A stretch of DNA of 64,000 bases from Octopus vulgaris (lineage: Eukaryota). Where the stretch lies: the NCBI GenBank assembly GCA_951406725.2, contig OX597817.1:23622001-23686000 (forward strand). Direction: 5' to 3'. Positions 1 through 14,934 of this stretch are shown piece by piece (the stretch's first letter is position 1; each line of letters starts with the position of its first letter). The notes beneath the pieces are model-generated. The model had not been told where the DNA came from and did not search any database. It saw nothing but the letters and a program-made list of their open reading frames with translations. Position numbers and translations under genes: made by a program.

Positions 1-679
1 CCACTATCATCACCAAGATGTGTACTAGTATTTTGTCTTATACTGTTTGAATAGTCAGAATATTAGTAAGAATGGATCCCATTACTTCTCGACTATATTA
101 TTTGCTTTCTCTAAAAACTTCCATATGTTCGTACGAGCCTTTTAAGCAGTCAACCTTTCTCTGCCACAAAATCTTTAGTAATACGCTCACATATGCTCCA
201 TCCCCATTATAACTGATTTTAGACATTGCTTAGAATGACATGTAATGAATATGAGACGATAGAAGACCACCGCCTAAAGCTAGTATAATCTCATTAATAA
301 CGAAATCAAATTGAGAAGTCTCATGTTCTTTGACAACAAGCAATTCAGTTGGTAGGGAAGAATGACAATACCCATAATATTGATTATTCATGGGAAACGG
401 CATCTGTATAGTTGTGAGAAAGTTATTTTAAAATGACAGGAGCAAATACGATGTAACTAAAAGTAAAATGGTAGCTGTGAACGAAACTATCACTGCAATC
501 GCCAAATCCTTATTACATGTCGATGTTAACTTTGATGCGTTATCAAACTATCGTTTCTTGCTTGCTTTTAAACTGACAGCATCTAGAAATATTATCGAAA
601 TATCATAGTCACATTGTCTTAATATATCACATTTTTTTTTACTTACGTCAACCATTCTGTATATTTATATATATGTGTA

Positions 680-893
680 AGGCAGCGAGCTGGCAGAAAC
701 GTTAGCGCGCTGGGCGAAATGCCGTTAAGTTCTGAGTTCAAATTCCGCCGAGATTGACTTTGCCTTTCATCCTTTCGAGGTCGATAAATAAAGTACCATT
801 TACGCACTGAGGTCGATATAATCGTCTTAATCCCTTTGTCTGTCCTTGTTAGTCCCCTCTATGCTTAAGCCCCTTGTGGGCAACAAAGAAATA
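680..893 (+). mobile_element. SINE family A (tRNA-like head, GCCTTTCATCCTTTCGGGGTCGATAAA central domain), internally deleted copy
   Basis: GGCAGCGAGCTGGCAGAAACGTTAGCGCG head, GTTCAAATTCC B-box-like motif, shared body and AAAGAAATA end; homologous to the copies at 6.7, 16.1 and 17.8 kb. Confidence 0.85.
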
Positions 894-999
894 TATTCAT
901 ATGTATGTGTGTGTATGTATGCATGTATGTATGTATGTACATACATACAAACATATATACATCTAAACTTTATATGGAACCCCGGATATTTGCGAATTG

Positions 1000-1900
1000 T
1001 CAAAGGTTGGCAGTTTTAACTATATTCATTTATTTAGGAAGTACTTTGAGCACTACTGGTCTTGATGAAATTTTGTATGGAATCAGCAAGATTACTAGTG
1101 CCTTTGGTAGTCTTGACAAGCATCTCTCATCACACCATAGTGTATCTTTCCAAATTAAAGTTAGGGTTTATAGCATATGTCTCCTACTATTGGGATAAAT
1201 TGGAAAATGGCCAAATGCGGTGGAGGTACTCTAAAGAAGTGGTAGTACATGTCTGGAATCAATGGTTCTGGAAAGTCTTTTGAGGTGGGTTAGACATCTG
1301 GTGAGAATGAATGCTGAAAAACTTCCCAAGCAACTTTTGTATGGTGAACTGGAAGATAGCAGAAGATGGCACATAAACCAAAAATGAGGTTCAAGGACTG
1401 CCTCAGAATTGCTCTGACACAGACAGGTGTTTCAGTTGTTGTTTGCATGACGGAAGCACAAGATCAAATTGGATTGAGGAAAAGAGTGCATAGTGGTTGT
1501 TTGAAGTTTGAACGACAGAAAATGAAGCACTAGAAGGTTACGAGAAGGCTTAGAAGGAATGAACCTGTGGAAAATGAAGGAGTGTTGCTTTTTACGTGTG
1601 TGATTTGTGGGGGAAATGCTCGGGTCTCACCGGCCAGGGCAGCTATCAGAAAACTCACAGTAATCCATCCATTGTAAATTGTTATATGGCTATTATTCGC
1701 AACAGAACATGTGCAACCTGTGGAAATGTGTGGCTTTCAGTTGGAGGATAGAAAAGACACGTCGAAAAGAGTCCATAGTGTGTCACCCGTTTCTTCTGCC
1801 AGCCAACCAGCGCAGTGGTGCAATATGCAATAGAATGTTTCTAGCAAAGCCTTTGCTCGTATACGAGCAGCTGCACATAATCCTGGGTTCAATATCACTG
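1000..1900 (+). mobile_element. RTE-clade LINE remnant (C-terminal part of RT, degenerate)
   Basis: Translations FIYLGSTLS...SKITSAFGSL and WVRHLVRMNAEKLPKQLLYGELE...RFKDCL match the RTE motifs FxYLGS, KASxAFGxL and RLPKQLLYGEL; multiple frameshifts and stops. Confidence 0.8.
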
Positions 1901-2279
1901 CGTAGCACGTCGGGCCAACCAAAGCTTTCTCAGTAGATTTGGTAAAAGGAAAGTGAAAGAAGCTCGTCGTGTGTGTGCATGTGTGTGTGTGCATGTGTGT
2001 GTGTGTGCATGTGTGTGTGTGCATGGGTGTGTGTGTTTGTCCCCTCACAATCGTTTGACAACCAATGCTTGTGTGTTTCTGTTTCTGAACCTTGGCTGTT
2101 CGACAAAAGAGGCCAGTAGAATAAGTAATAGGCTTATAATGAATAAGTCCCGAGGTCTGTTTCCTCTCCTAGAACTCTTCAAGGTCTGTTTCTTCTACAA
2201 GAACTGTTTAATGACTGAAACAAATATACGTGGCTTGTTTCGCTTTCCTGGAGGCCTTCTGACAAATTCTCGCTTATTA

Positions 2280-2665
2280 GAAAGTTTAGCTAATCAAGGT
2301 GTTACCGTATTGAAATATTGGTTGGCTCAGAGCCTTGACTTAAATATAATCGAGAAAATGTGGACAGAACTAAAGAGAGAAGTTTCTCAGAAGAATCCAC
2401 GCAACTTTGAAGACTGCTGAGAGTTCAGCCAAAGAGAAGGACATCTCACACCTGTGAAGACGGTGAAGGATTTGTACGCATCTCTTCCCAGGCGCATTGA
2501 AGCAATTATTCAACTAAGGGACACCACACGGAATATTAACAATCTACTGTAACGTCTTGAAGGGAACACTATATAATCAATTTTCATTGATACACATTTT
2601 TCTGTTTTAAAATACTGTGTCTTGATTGGTTTATGTGAGGTGGCTCAAAACTTTTGCACAGCCAT
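2280..2665 (+). mobile_element. Tc1-like transposase C-terminal remnant with 3' TIR-like end
   Basis: WLAQSLDLNIIEKMWTELKREV...LYASLPRRIEAII resembles Tc1 WPAQSPDLNPIENLW...SMPRR; CAAAACTTTTGCACAGCCA at ~2645 resembles a Tc1 TIR. Confidence 0.75.
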
Positions 2666-2867
2666 TTTTGGTGGTCGTCTCGCATCTTTCTCTCTCATTC
2701 AGAAGCCCTACTACAAAATATAATGATTGGGTATGGAAATGACTCCTAGAGGGCCTGTGTATCATCAGTATAAAGCGCAATGCATAACATCTATTTATAA
2801 TTTGGCAGTTAGTAGAAATTCAGAATAGTTTAAAATAGCCGAAGACTTTTGCACACTACTGCATATA

Positions 2868-2968
<101 letters not shown>

Positions 2969-4559
2969 CTATTTCTCTGTTTATCTACATACATACATAC
3001 ATATATACATCTTTCAACAAATCAATACATATGAATATTGATTATGGTTAACGTAAAAATACCTCCTACTGTCAATGAATTTGAGTAAATTTACGCTTGT
3101 TTCTCCTTTTCTTTCTTGTTTTCTTGTTTTTATTTATTTTAATTTTTTTCATTCGCTGTACGCAAACTATTTCATGCGCCCCAAATATGTATCACTGTGT
3201 TTGAACAGTGATTGCTCAAGGATTAATGTCTGTACCTACTAATATATTTGTCCGTGATTCTACATATGTGATTGTTTGCGTATATACTTGTATATTGGTT
3301 ATTTGCAGAAGGTAAGATACGTGTAGATGCATAATCATTAGAAATCATGTGTGGGTGTGGGTGTGTGTGTGCGCGCTGAGCGCGCACGTTTAATGGCTGA
3401 GTATCTGAAGCTATACGTGCGTCAATCTACATGCATACACAAACACATTTGCGAGAATATTCAAGATTAGCGCATAAACATAAACGTAAGCCTACGTGTA
3501 TTTGCAAGCGAGTAAAATTATACACATATAGTTTCAAATAATTAGGTATTTTCCTTTCACAAAAAGTGATACAAAGCAGTATTTATGTGATTGTCATTTG
3601 CAATGGAAATTCAGCTAACTGGCACTAACGAATTTAGTTATAGTTCAGTTCAACTTCAAAATCGATTTCAATTAGAGGACTGAGCTAATTTGATCACAGC
3701 ATTACTCGTTGATTGGTCTTACAAATGACCGGTGATCCTGTTCTTTCATGTTATGCACGGAAGTATTTATTTAGATTTTGAACTAAAATAGTGTTGCGCA
3801 CTAATGTCATGCAATTATTTTATTTATATATTTTATATGTCGCAAATATCTTTGTTAGAAGCATAACGATTCCTCGACGTTCTCACCGATTCGAAGTCCT
3901 ATGGCGCTATAAATCGGAGTAATGTGCCCGCATCCATGCGCAAATCATACACTCATGCACATACACACACACATACATATATATACATACGTACACAAAT
4001 TCATACATGCATACATTATACATACATATCTAAACACACACATAATGTGTACTACTCGCTTATTGATAAGATCAACAAAAACGTATTTAATTGAATGCCA
4101 GATGAATACCATCTAACGAATACAGGCTTTATACGTAAGCTACTTCATTTCTGCATGCGCGCTTAGTGCTGGAATCTATGTATTTCAAAGTCTATCGCAC
4201 ACCATTCGGCAATCGTTCAGGCTTGAGTAATATAGCTACTCTACGAGGAACTACGAAGATATCCAAGGAAACATACAAGAAAAATTGCGGAAAATCGTTA
4301 AGAAAATTTTTAAGAGGAATGCGGATAATTCCCACATGGAAGCTAGTTTATATCCACTTAACGTGTCAAAAGAAGGTTGTTTTAATGTGTGCTTACATAT
4401 AACAAAGAAAAGCTATATCATTCGTGGGTAGTTGAATGGAGAGAAATGTAAATTGTGTTAAACTGTCTTTAATCATGAGATTGGGGCATCTTCTAGTTGG
4501 ATACCACAAAAGGTTTGAGATATATACATCCTTTAAACCTCTCACACTAACTTCACTTT

Positions 4560-5780
4560 TAGATGGTCGGTGCAGTTGATCTAACAAAGATATGTGTTTT
4601 TGTGGTCATACAGATCTTGCACTTATGAGACCCCTTGATGTAAGGTATCGATCTCCCGGCGATGCTCTACATACTGTTGTGTGATATATTGCTGTCTTTC
4701 ATGTTCCAGATATGTTTGGGTAGCTTTGGACTTTTTTCTTTTCTAGAGGTGTCTCAAACAATACTGATAATTGTTATATCTTGTTATCGTCTGTTTCGTA
4801 CAGTCTAATTGAATTCTCCTTTCGTTCCCGTTATTTGGGGGAAACGGATCTTGGTTCCGCTGACGACTGAGGTAACCGTGCCTACATGATCTGGTGGGCA
4901 TGTACCTGGGATTTTGGAGATGCATTCTGGAGTGGGCATTTTGGTTGGGTTACATAAAAAGATATTATTCTCACTTCAGGCACGGTAGAAGTAAATATTC
5001 AAACAATGTCTATTGATGAAGTTCTGGCATCTATGGCGACCGGTGAAACATTTATGTTTTAGAGTTACAAAGTTTTTGCCATCATTACCCCTACTTTCAA
5101 ACAAAAACGGGTGAAAAATTATTACTTTATTCTAGTAAATAAAAGGGATTTGGTTTACAGCGTTTGTGATTCTCTTTCCGTCGTGTGAGGGTAATTTTGC
5201 TTGTAACGGTGTGTTTTGGAATACGGTGTAGTTATAATTTTTTCCGCGAACGGATCTGATTTTTGATTCGTTAAATACTGGTGACATCTTATTTTTCTGG
5301 TAGTCAAGTTTGCCGTTCTGCCTGGTTGGTTTCCCTGTGGGAAACGATCATCAACCGTTCCAGTTGGTTGACTCTCGTAAAGTGTCATTTTGTTGTATTT
5401 GCTGAAGTTCGGTTTTGATCGGAGGTAAAATTTCATTTGTCTAGAGTTGGGTGACGTCAGCAACTGGTATTTGTATCGTGTTATTTTATGGTGATTTGGA
5501 GTTGCGGTTTCGAAACCCGGGTGAAAGACTGTTACTAAAGTTTTCAAAATAATATCTGTTGTACCTGGGATATTTTGTAGAGAAATTGGGTATTTTTCCT
5601 TTTTATTTTTAGTGTTTTTTTTACCTCTTTCTAAAGAATATTTATCTGTGGTTTCTATTTTTCAATGAGTATGCTTTCCTTATTTAAATGGAATTGGTTT
5701 GAAGTATTTCCGGTACATAGATAGAGAGGGAAGATTTGGTTTATTCTTACGGGGAATTGGTCTAGGTGTTTGCTTACGGG
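4560..5780 (-). mobile_element. Penelope-like element remnant (linker and GIY-YIG C-terminus, degenerate)
   Basis: Minus-strand frame at 4590-4730 reads LPKHIWNMKDSNISHNSM*SIAGRSIPYIKGSHKCKICMTTK, matching the PLE endonuclease tail LSKxIWxLK...PY..GS..CxLC; the upstream boundary is uncertain. Confidence 0.6.
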
Positions 5781-5781
5781 A

Positions 5782-5813
<32 letters not shown>

Positions 5814-5823
5814 GTAGGTATAC

Positions 5824-5891
<68 letters not shown>

Positions 5892-5991
5892 GTATATATA
5901 TATACGTAAATATATGTATATATATTTATGTATATATATATATGCACTCAAACATACGAAGGTATTTATTTCTCTCCCTATCACACACGTC

Positions 5992-6022
<31 letters not shown>

Positions 6023-6669
6023 TTATACAGGCTAAAGATAGTAAACCACAGCCATCACTATCAGTCAATGTTAGAAGACCCACTTTCTATTTTCCATCAA
6101 ACGTCACACCGGGAGGTGCAACCGGACTCGAAGGGCAAACTGGTCATCCTGGAGGAGGTAGAGTCAATATTATTCTAACTAAACGTGTTTCTCATTTTCA
6201 AGAGTACAAAACCAATAATATTGGCCAGACTTACAGCGCTCCGCTAGGAAACATACGGCATTTTTCACCAGCTGTAAGCCAAATATCTAGACTTGTTTGA
6301 CAATGCCCTTGTCAAGTGACAACAAGTAGTTTAATTTCGTATTGAAGTCGACTGCTGTTGTTTTCCAGCTAGATCTAGGCGCTATAACCACCAGGTTATA
6401 GATATGGCTGCGAAACCAGTTCAATATGGTTGTGATTGAGAAAAGAATTCAGTCCTTGCTTCCCTTCTCGGGAGAAGCGTACAAGCTAAGGAGCGAAACG
6501 CTGTGACACAGGAATATCCACTGTCAACACAAGCGTTTGATTCTTTGTCATGGGTTAAGAAGTATCTGCAATAATAATAAGTAGCTCCTGTTTGCAGGTT
6601 TTGAACGTGGAAAGACATCTCTGATGTTAATTTCATGTATACATATGTATGTATGTGTGCATAAATATA

Positions 6670-7092
6670 TATCTTTACTACCCAAAAGGGGCTAAACACA
6701 GAGGGGACAAACAAGGACAGACAAACGGATTAAGTCGATTATATTGACCCTAGTCGTCTGTCGTTACGTTCTGAGTTCAAATTCCGCCGAGGTCGACTTT
6801 GCCTTTCATCCTTTCGGGGTCGATAAATAAAAGTACCAGTTTCGCACTGGGGTCGATGTTATCGACTTAATCCATTTGTCTGTCCTTGTTTGTCCTCTCT
6901 GTGTTTAGCCCCTTGTGGGCAATAAAGAAATATATATTGACCCCAGTACGTAACTGGTACTTATTTAATCAACCCCGAAAGGATGAAAGGCAAAGTCGAC
7001 CTCGGCGGAATTTGAACCCAGGACGTAACGGCAGACGAAATACGGCTACGCATTTCGCCCGGCGTGCTAACGTTTCTGCCAGTTCGCCGCCT
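6670..7092. mobile_element. Nested SINE family A: a + copy (6755-6932) inserted in a - copy
   Basis: Minus-strand tail at 6670-6754, plus-strand body, then the minus copy resumes to its head at 7092; duplicated TATATTGACCC(T/C)AGT at 6740 and 6933. Confidence 0.85.
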
Positions 7093-9194
7093 TAAATAAT
7101 TGAAGAGCTGCTAATATTGCATAATAAAAATGCTATTCGGCCTAAAGTACATCATTCCAAATCAGTGTATCGTATATTATCTGTCTCTGTATGCTTCAAA
7201 ACGGCCGATTCGACCTCTTTCGGAAATGACACAAGAATGTGATATTCAGAAACACTAAAATGAACATTTGTCGCTTTCTCGGTCACTTCCAGAACACTTT
7301 TGTTTGACTTAGCTCTTATATATATTGTTTGACTTAGCTCTGACATATATTGTGTTTTTAGCACAACACCTCAATAAATAGATTTGCTTCTCTGGAAAAT
7401 ACTGGCTTTTCAATGCTACATATATGTTATGAGTGTTACATGGATGACGATTTCACTCTAGAGCTACTTATATTAAACAATTCAAATCAGTTTAATCTAT
7501 TTTAATAATGGGATTAATATAGAAATGTGTATGTGTGCATGTGTGTGAGAGAGGGAGAGAGAGAGAGAGAGAGATTGTGTGTGTATGCGTGTTTGTGTGT
7601 TTGTGGGTGTACACGCGCGCAAATGACTACTTTCCCTTTAATCCAGGAATTAATACACGTCATTTGCGTTGTGCAATACCTATTAATCTATCCGAAATGG
7701 TTAATTCAATACATATTCATGCATAATGAACTTCCCGTAACTTCTAGATCTAATGAAAATGTTTTTGTCTTCCATATGATGCATTCCGTAGCTCAACAAA
7801 CCTATCAATAGAGGTCTGACATTTACAGTCTGATAAATACTAGTGAATCAATGTCTATGTACATTGCGCGCGTTATTGTTACTGACAAAGGATATCCATT
7901 TGAATAGTATCTCATTTGAAGTATCGTGTCCCTAATTCCAACGCAAACTCGGTAATTTGATCACATGTCAGCTCATCGTGATGGAGGATAACGTGCTTCA
8001 ACATACAGTATATCGTATTAATGCAAACACATTGCAGTGTTTGCGTCATTCACTTCTAACTTCAGAACCTTCGGTAGACACGACAACGCTTGTAATGATG
8101 TTTTGGGCAATAAAAGCGGCACAGAGAATATAGAAGTATAAAGATACGATCTATGTTATCAATTACACATCCCTTTTCACAGCGTAAATCCGTATTATGC
8201 ATCAGACTCCAATATTAACAATACTTTCAATATATATATATACATACATTTGCAGCAGTGTAAGTACTACCACTCAACCTATGAGATAACATTGCATCAA
8301 CTTCGTCATCTCCGGATTATAAATTATACTTTGTATTGTATTTCTTAATCTTACTATTTTATTTTCCTTGTTTCTGTTCACATCTTAAAATATTTACTTA
8401 GATATTATTCATTTAATCTTTATTTTTTTTTTTAAATTGACACAATATAACGACACGTTATTTGTTCACAATCTACAAGGATTTTTAATGCACAAGTACT
8501 GTACCGCTTCTCTATCGCATTGTTTGTTTCTATCGATTTTGTTTCGTGCGCAACCCTGCCATGAAGTGTTTGCGTTTAAAAAGGCAGCCAATAGTTTTTT
8601 GAGGAATTATTATCCTTTATGACACATAATTCTACTTTCTATGGCAAATATTCTCTGAAAATTGAACTCATTCCTTTCCTCCTTTCTTTATTTCGATTCC
8701 ATTTATCATCATATTTAGCTGCCCATTGACACACACAATACACACACACACATGTATCGATGTGCACGAGTCTGTACGTGACTGTATATATATATATATA
8801 TATATACGGTGTGTAGATGCATGTGTGTGTTTACTCATAAGACATAAGTGAGTATAAATGTATGTGATTAAAGAAAGGAAGCATGTAGGAGAATGAGCAA
8901 ATTACAGGGAGTGAATATATTTTTTAGCATTTCACTTCAGCATTCGAAACATGTACGTATATATATATATATATGGAAATATACGTTTATAAATGCGCAA
9001 ATATTATCGCATCTTCACACAAACTTAGAATCACACAAAATCGCTCGCATAAATATATTAATCATACGCAATCTTATGCTGAAACGAAACGTACATAATA
9101 AAGTACGAATGCATATATGAATGTATACGCGCGTTTATTCATATATATATAGAAATATATCTGTATGCATTGATATAAATATATTTCCCTGCGC

Positions 9195-9310
<116 letters not shown>

Positions 9311-9384
9311 GTATATATACATATATGTATGCATATGTGTATGTATGTACGTATTTGTGCATGTATATATGATTCCATATAAGA

Positions 9385-9473
<89 letters not shown>

Positions 9474-9924
9474 GCATACATATATATATCCCTAAGCATT
9501 TAAAATTGTAACTAACTTCCTGGCAACAAAGAAAATATCTGAATACACTTTCAGCAATGATTCCTAGCTATCCAATAATCTTCAGATTAACAACTTTGTT
9601 TATGATTTTATTTTTTTTTTTTTACATAGATTCTTTATAATCGCTATTTCTTCTTTCTTAATTTTATGCTCTTTCTTTTATACTTTGCTCCCGATTTTCG
9701 TTTTAAAATTCTTTGTCCCTTTCAGCGCTTCTTTAAGTCCTTTATGATATTGTTCTCTTTTCTCTTTCCTTTTTTTCCGGTCTCTCTTTTTCTTACACAA
9801 AAATGTATGTATGTATGTATGTATGTATGTATGTATGTATGTATGTATGTATGTATGTATGTATGTATGTATGTATGTATGCACGTATGTATGTATGTAT
9901 GTATATATGTACGTGTTATCTCTT

Positions 9925-9957
<33 letters not shown>

Positions 9958-10018
9958 GAATATATATATATATATATGTGTGTGTGTATGTGCACCCACG
10001 TATATATATATATATATT

Positions 10019-10081
<63 letters not shown>

Positions 10082-10131
10082 GTATATATATTTATATATA
10101 CATATATATATATATATTCATACATGCATAC

Positions 10132-10163
<32 letters not shown>

Positions 10164-10742
10164 TTATATATACATATATATATATGTATATATATTTATA
10201 TATACATACATATATATATACATATACATACATATATATACATATATATATATATATATGTATGTATATATGTACATATGTATATTTAGATTGCTTCTTC
10301 ATTTTTCCCGTTTTGCATTTACTTATTAATCTCCACGAATTACCGTTTCTTTTGAATTATTTCTGATTCCACAAGTATTTTGATGCATGCATCGCATTTC
10401 ATTTCATTTCATGCATAATGGTTTCACATAAATAGCTTTGTTTACAGTTATTGCCACGTTATTGTTATTGTTGTTATTGATTTGCTTCGATGATCCAAGT
10501 TTTATGGTTCTGTCAACAGAATCTCAAATAAAATGCTACAAATAATCAGTTCTCCACAGAAAAAAAACCTGTAAAATTCTCATTGTTTTCCTTATTACTC
10601 GATATATACAGCCACTACAAAGTAAACTACATGCCCCAATATTGTTTGAGAATAAATTCTATCGTTAGTATTCATGAAACAGGCGAGTTACAAGGAACTG
10701 AATGATGCTGAGAAAATATCTTGTAATAATAGGATACTTATA

Positions 10743-11095
10743 AAAAAGGTAAAGGTAAAGACCCCCTTCGGTCATGAATGACCATGGGATTGCACCTAGA
10801 AAGTTACCCTCCTAGACACAAGTCCGGGCAAGGTTGTTTTATGGAAGACCAGCAGTCGCCCATGCATACCAGCCTCCTCTCTCCACGCCACCAGTGTTAT
10901 CCAAGGGAAAGTCAAAGGTCGATACAGCTTGGCACCTGTGACGTCGCAACTCATTTCTACAGTTGAGTGAACTGGAGCAACGTGAAATAAAGTGCCTTGC
11001 TCAAGAACACAACACGCAGCCCGGTCCGGGATTCGAGCTCACAACCTCACGATCGTAAGCTCGATGCTCTAACCATTGAGCCATGCGCCTTCACG
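10743..11095 (-). mobile_element. tRNA-Arg-derived SINE family B (octopus OR-like, CORE-like central block), full length
   Basis: Reverse complement begins GAAGGCGCATGGCTCAATGGTTAGAGC...TTACGAT (ACG anticodon-like)...GCTCGAATCCCGG; CORE-like GTGTTCTTGAGCAAGGCACTTTATT block; (TTTACC)n tail; TSD GGATACTTATA at 10732-10742 and 11096-11106. Confidence 0.88.
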
Positions 11096-14000
11096 GGATA
11101 CTTATAGAACTGCATAATGGCGGTATCGATAGAGCGCCGAAAAGAAACTTTTTTGCACTATTACGACATATATTTTGCATACAGATTTCAGATCTTTCAG
11201 AGTTCATCTCTGGAATTTTGATCCTCTGGCAAAGAATGAAAGGAAGCAACAGAAAAATAGAGCTTAAGACGTTTGGCTCCGGCCTTCTGTTGGAAATCGA
11301 TATTAATCTTGATCTGATTGCACATGACTCCAAGTTTAGCTTTGCATTTGCTCTAACACTTTTTGATATGACATGATATGATTTTATGGTATGATAAAAT
11401 ATGGTGTGTGTGTGTGTGTGTGTGTGTACAGGCATGCAGGATTGTACTAATATCGGTTACAACAGTTATTTCTTTCAGAAGTTGAGCTTGCTTTAGACAA
11501 TTTTATTGCGAAACAAGAGCTGATAAATAGAAGTGTTGCTCTCATTTTTCATAATTCTCTTAGGTAGCTGGCTTCAATGTATTTGACAAGTACAGTTCAC
11601 ATGAATATGAAAGAGTGGAATGTAAATCCATAGGCAAAAGAAATACTAGTTGGCTTAATAATTGTTTATATACCTGTTCCAAACCTATCTAATATATGTA
11701 AGCAAAAAAGGAACCTATATATCAGCGACAAAATCTATAAATTTTTATTCACAAACCTTAAAAATGCGGAATAATTCATAATTTTATCCGGGTACTGCTC
11801 TACAATGTCACATCATGGGTTAGCTTGCATTGTTGAGTTCAATTCTTCCAGTCAAAGTTATTGCTCCGGTGTTAAGGAAAAAAGGTTACTTTACATTTAT
11901 GTATTAAATCTAAGAATCTTTGAAATTATAAATCGAAAGATAACTGATCAAATGGAAAAATCAGTCGGCGTATGCAGCTAAAGTCACAAGGAATTTATTG
12001 GCAGGGATGTTATTGATGCAACGTATAGGAAAAAAAAAACATACATAAACATACACACACACATACACGCACGCATACACACATACACAAACACACACAC
12101 ATTCACACACAAACACGTACACACATGCATGCACACAAACACGTGTGTCTGTTTGTGTATTTGTGTGTATGTGAATGTGTATGTGTAACAATATTCATAA
12201 GGCTAGATAAGAGAATTATACAGCCGGATTATAATTAGTTAAGGCAACCAACATTCTGAGTTGAAATACTACTGAAGTAGATGTTTTTTCATGTCAAGTT
12301 CGATAAAAATATGTACTATAAATACATGCGAATCGATCCAATCGGCTGCAACTATAATCTTCTAATCAGTAGCTTGTGCCCACCCCAGAAATCAGTATTT
12401 ACTTAGCATGTGATCAGCGGTAGTCTTTACTTTCATTTAAATCGCTAATGCTTTGGGGCAAGTTTGAAAGTTAGAAACGATACAGGTCTCTATCTCCTAA
12501 AAAAATAAATTCGATATTTATTCTCAAGTAACAAATATTCGTTATGTATATATAAAATATTGATTTGTTGATGCTGAGGATGTTTAGCTCAAGGAATTCC
12601 CTGATTTAAAAACCAAATATCAATAACATTCTAACCATGACCTTCCCATCTTACCTTCGTATATACAAGTACGTTATCTAATGCGTTTTGAAATCTGTAA
12701 ATCTGGACATCATGTGAGGGAAAATTAGGTGCTCTTGCTAACATGTTTAACATCCACGCAAACTTGATTCGCTCATAAAATTTTGATTTGTTTTGACTAA
12801 AACTCAAGATCATTTTGTGTAGAAAAATAATATTCTTCTTTTATGGTATTTGTCTTTGTAGATTATTGGATTAATGCTATCAAGAAAGAGTATGAAAGGT
12901 AAATCTGATTTGAATTACTCTGTTATATATTAACGTATAAATTCATTAATGTATAGTATATTCATTTCCAGTGAATACGCAGTGCCAAATATTTATTTCT
13001 ATTGTGTTTTTCTTGGGTATAAAATTGATGAGATCAAGCCTATTACTTGACTATGTTATCGACATACATCCAGAACTACTCAACGAATCGATATCCAGTC
13101 ATTTATTGATACGCTACAGCCTTTGGCCAACTGATATGTAGTTTATTCTCCCTGTCATTTATATCGCTATGATGACAACTTTCCGCGGATCTACTCACGC
13201 ACCTCCAACTCCCTTACCTTTACACCTCTTCGATTTTGGTGCAACCAACCTCCTCAGCACAGCACTAATTCCTAAACCCAGGTTTTTCACCCCTGTGCAT
13301 CAGCCCTGAGGAATATTCTTCTACTCATGATTTTTCGGGATGTGTTAAACTTGTCAGTTTAAATAGAGCATGAATGGCATCAAACTGATTGGTTTTGGAA
13401 GCCCTCCAAAAACCATAGATAATGTCCCTTCCTCCAAATTCAAGAAATGGAAGAAAAAGAAAGAAAACTGAAATCTAAACTCATGCGTATAATATTCAAT
13501 ATCATAAACAAACTCATCATTTATGCTCTGAATGTCTTCCGTCATCTACTAACACAGAACAGCAGTCACCTTCTTTATAGAAAATAAGTCATTTTGTTAT
13601 TTTGAACATAGGTACGCAACCACTTATTTTCAGGAAGTGTAGTCCATTATCAAAGATAATTAATGTATCATATTCGTTCAATTGACACATCTACTTCACT
13701 GGTAATTACTAACTTTAGAATAAGCAATAATAAAGTTGATTTCAGTGGAATTTGAACTCAGAATGTAATGGAATGTGACTAAATTCCACAAGGCACTAAA
13801 AAGCCACTGTGTGGCTACTCCTGTCACGAAATGTTTTTAATTTCGCTAATAATATTTTCATTTATCTTTGAACTCTGTAACTTACTGTTAAGTATTATTC
13901 CCTTCTTTTCATATTTTTGTCGTTCTTTTCATTTCTTTATCAATTTGATTTAATTTTGCTATTTATTTTACTAGTATCAGGTTGACGATTTGTGCAGTTG

Positions 14001-14880
14001 TTCAAACAGATTATAGGACAACCAGGCGCTTTAGTTATAGACTGAACGCTCACAAAAACCGATAAATCAGCGGAAGGAAGAAGACCGGAGAGATTTTCAC
14101 AAAGAAAAGAAAAGGAAGGAATAGAATTTGTTTAATGTGAGCAGAGTCGCTCGCTGCGATAAAATGAGAAGTGGCTGAATTGGTAAATTTACTGCACGGC
14201 CGTTTTATTGGCCATAAAATACTGTAATTCATTCAATGAGGCCGGATGCATTTACGATGCTGCTTAGGCTTGGGAGGCGACAAAGAAGGGTATATCAGTG
14301 CTGAATGAAAATATATTGCCGAATGTCTACTTGTAGTAACTCCATGATGGGAGTAGACAGCAGACTACAGTGGACGCGCGATCTCAACTAATATTTGAAG
14401 ATTATAAAATCACTGTAATGGCTTCTGCGTGAATATATGAAGACGCTTCTATGATATATGCGTCTGCAACTGTGTATATGCGTGTGTATGTCTATGTGAC
14501 AGTGTTTGCATATATTTTTGTGTATTAGCAGGTTACTGTGCTTGCTTCTGTGTGCGTGTGTGTATGTGTGCTAAAATGTATTTATAGATGTATATGAGTA
14601 TTAGTCATACCTTTGTGTTCATCTCTACCTATCTGTCTATATATGAGTAAATGTAGATGTATGAATATATGAGTGTAACTGTTTAAGCGAAATTATAAAT
14701 ATATATGCACATATATTTATGTATATCTAAATATACTTCCACGTCTACAAACATCCTCATATATATAATTGCATACCTACAAGCATGCGTACATATATGT
14801 ACACACATACAACATACATACACCCCCACACGCACAGAAGTATATAAGCATATACATGCATGCATACATACGTGTGTGTG

Positions 14881-14934
<54 letters not shown>

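Noticed and set aside
5890-6620. Unique sequence with short ORFs (5890..6300) as a host exon
   Set aside because: The ORF starts in microsatellite, has no recognisable domain, and no convincing splice-site pair was found.
10990-11095. tRNA-Arg-like sequence (also at 20027) and the tRNA-like heads at 61982 and 63123
   Set aside because: No proper acceptor stem, and each continues into a SINE body with a tail (TSD visible for the 10743 copy); they are SINE heads, not tRNA genes.
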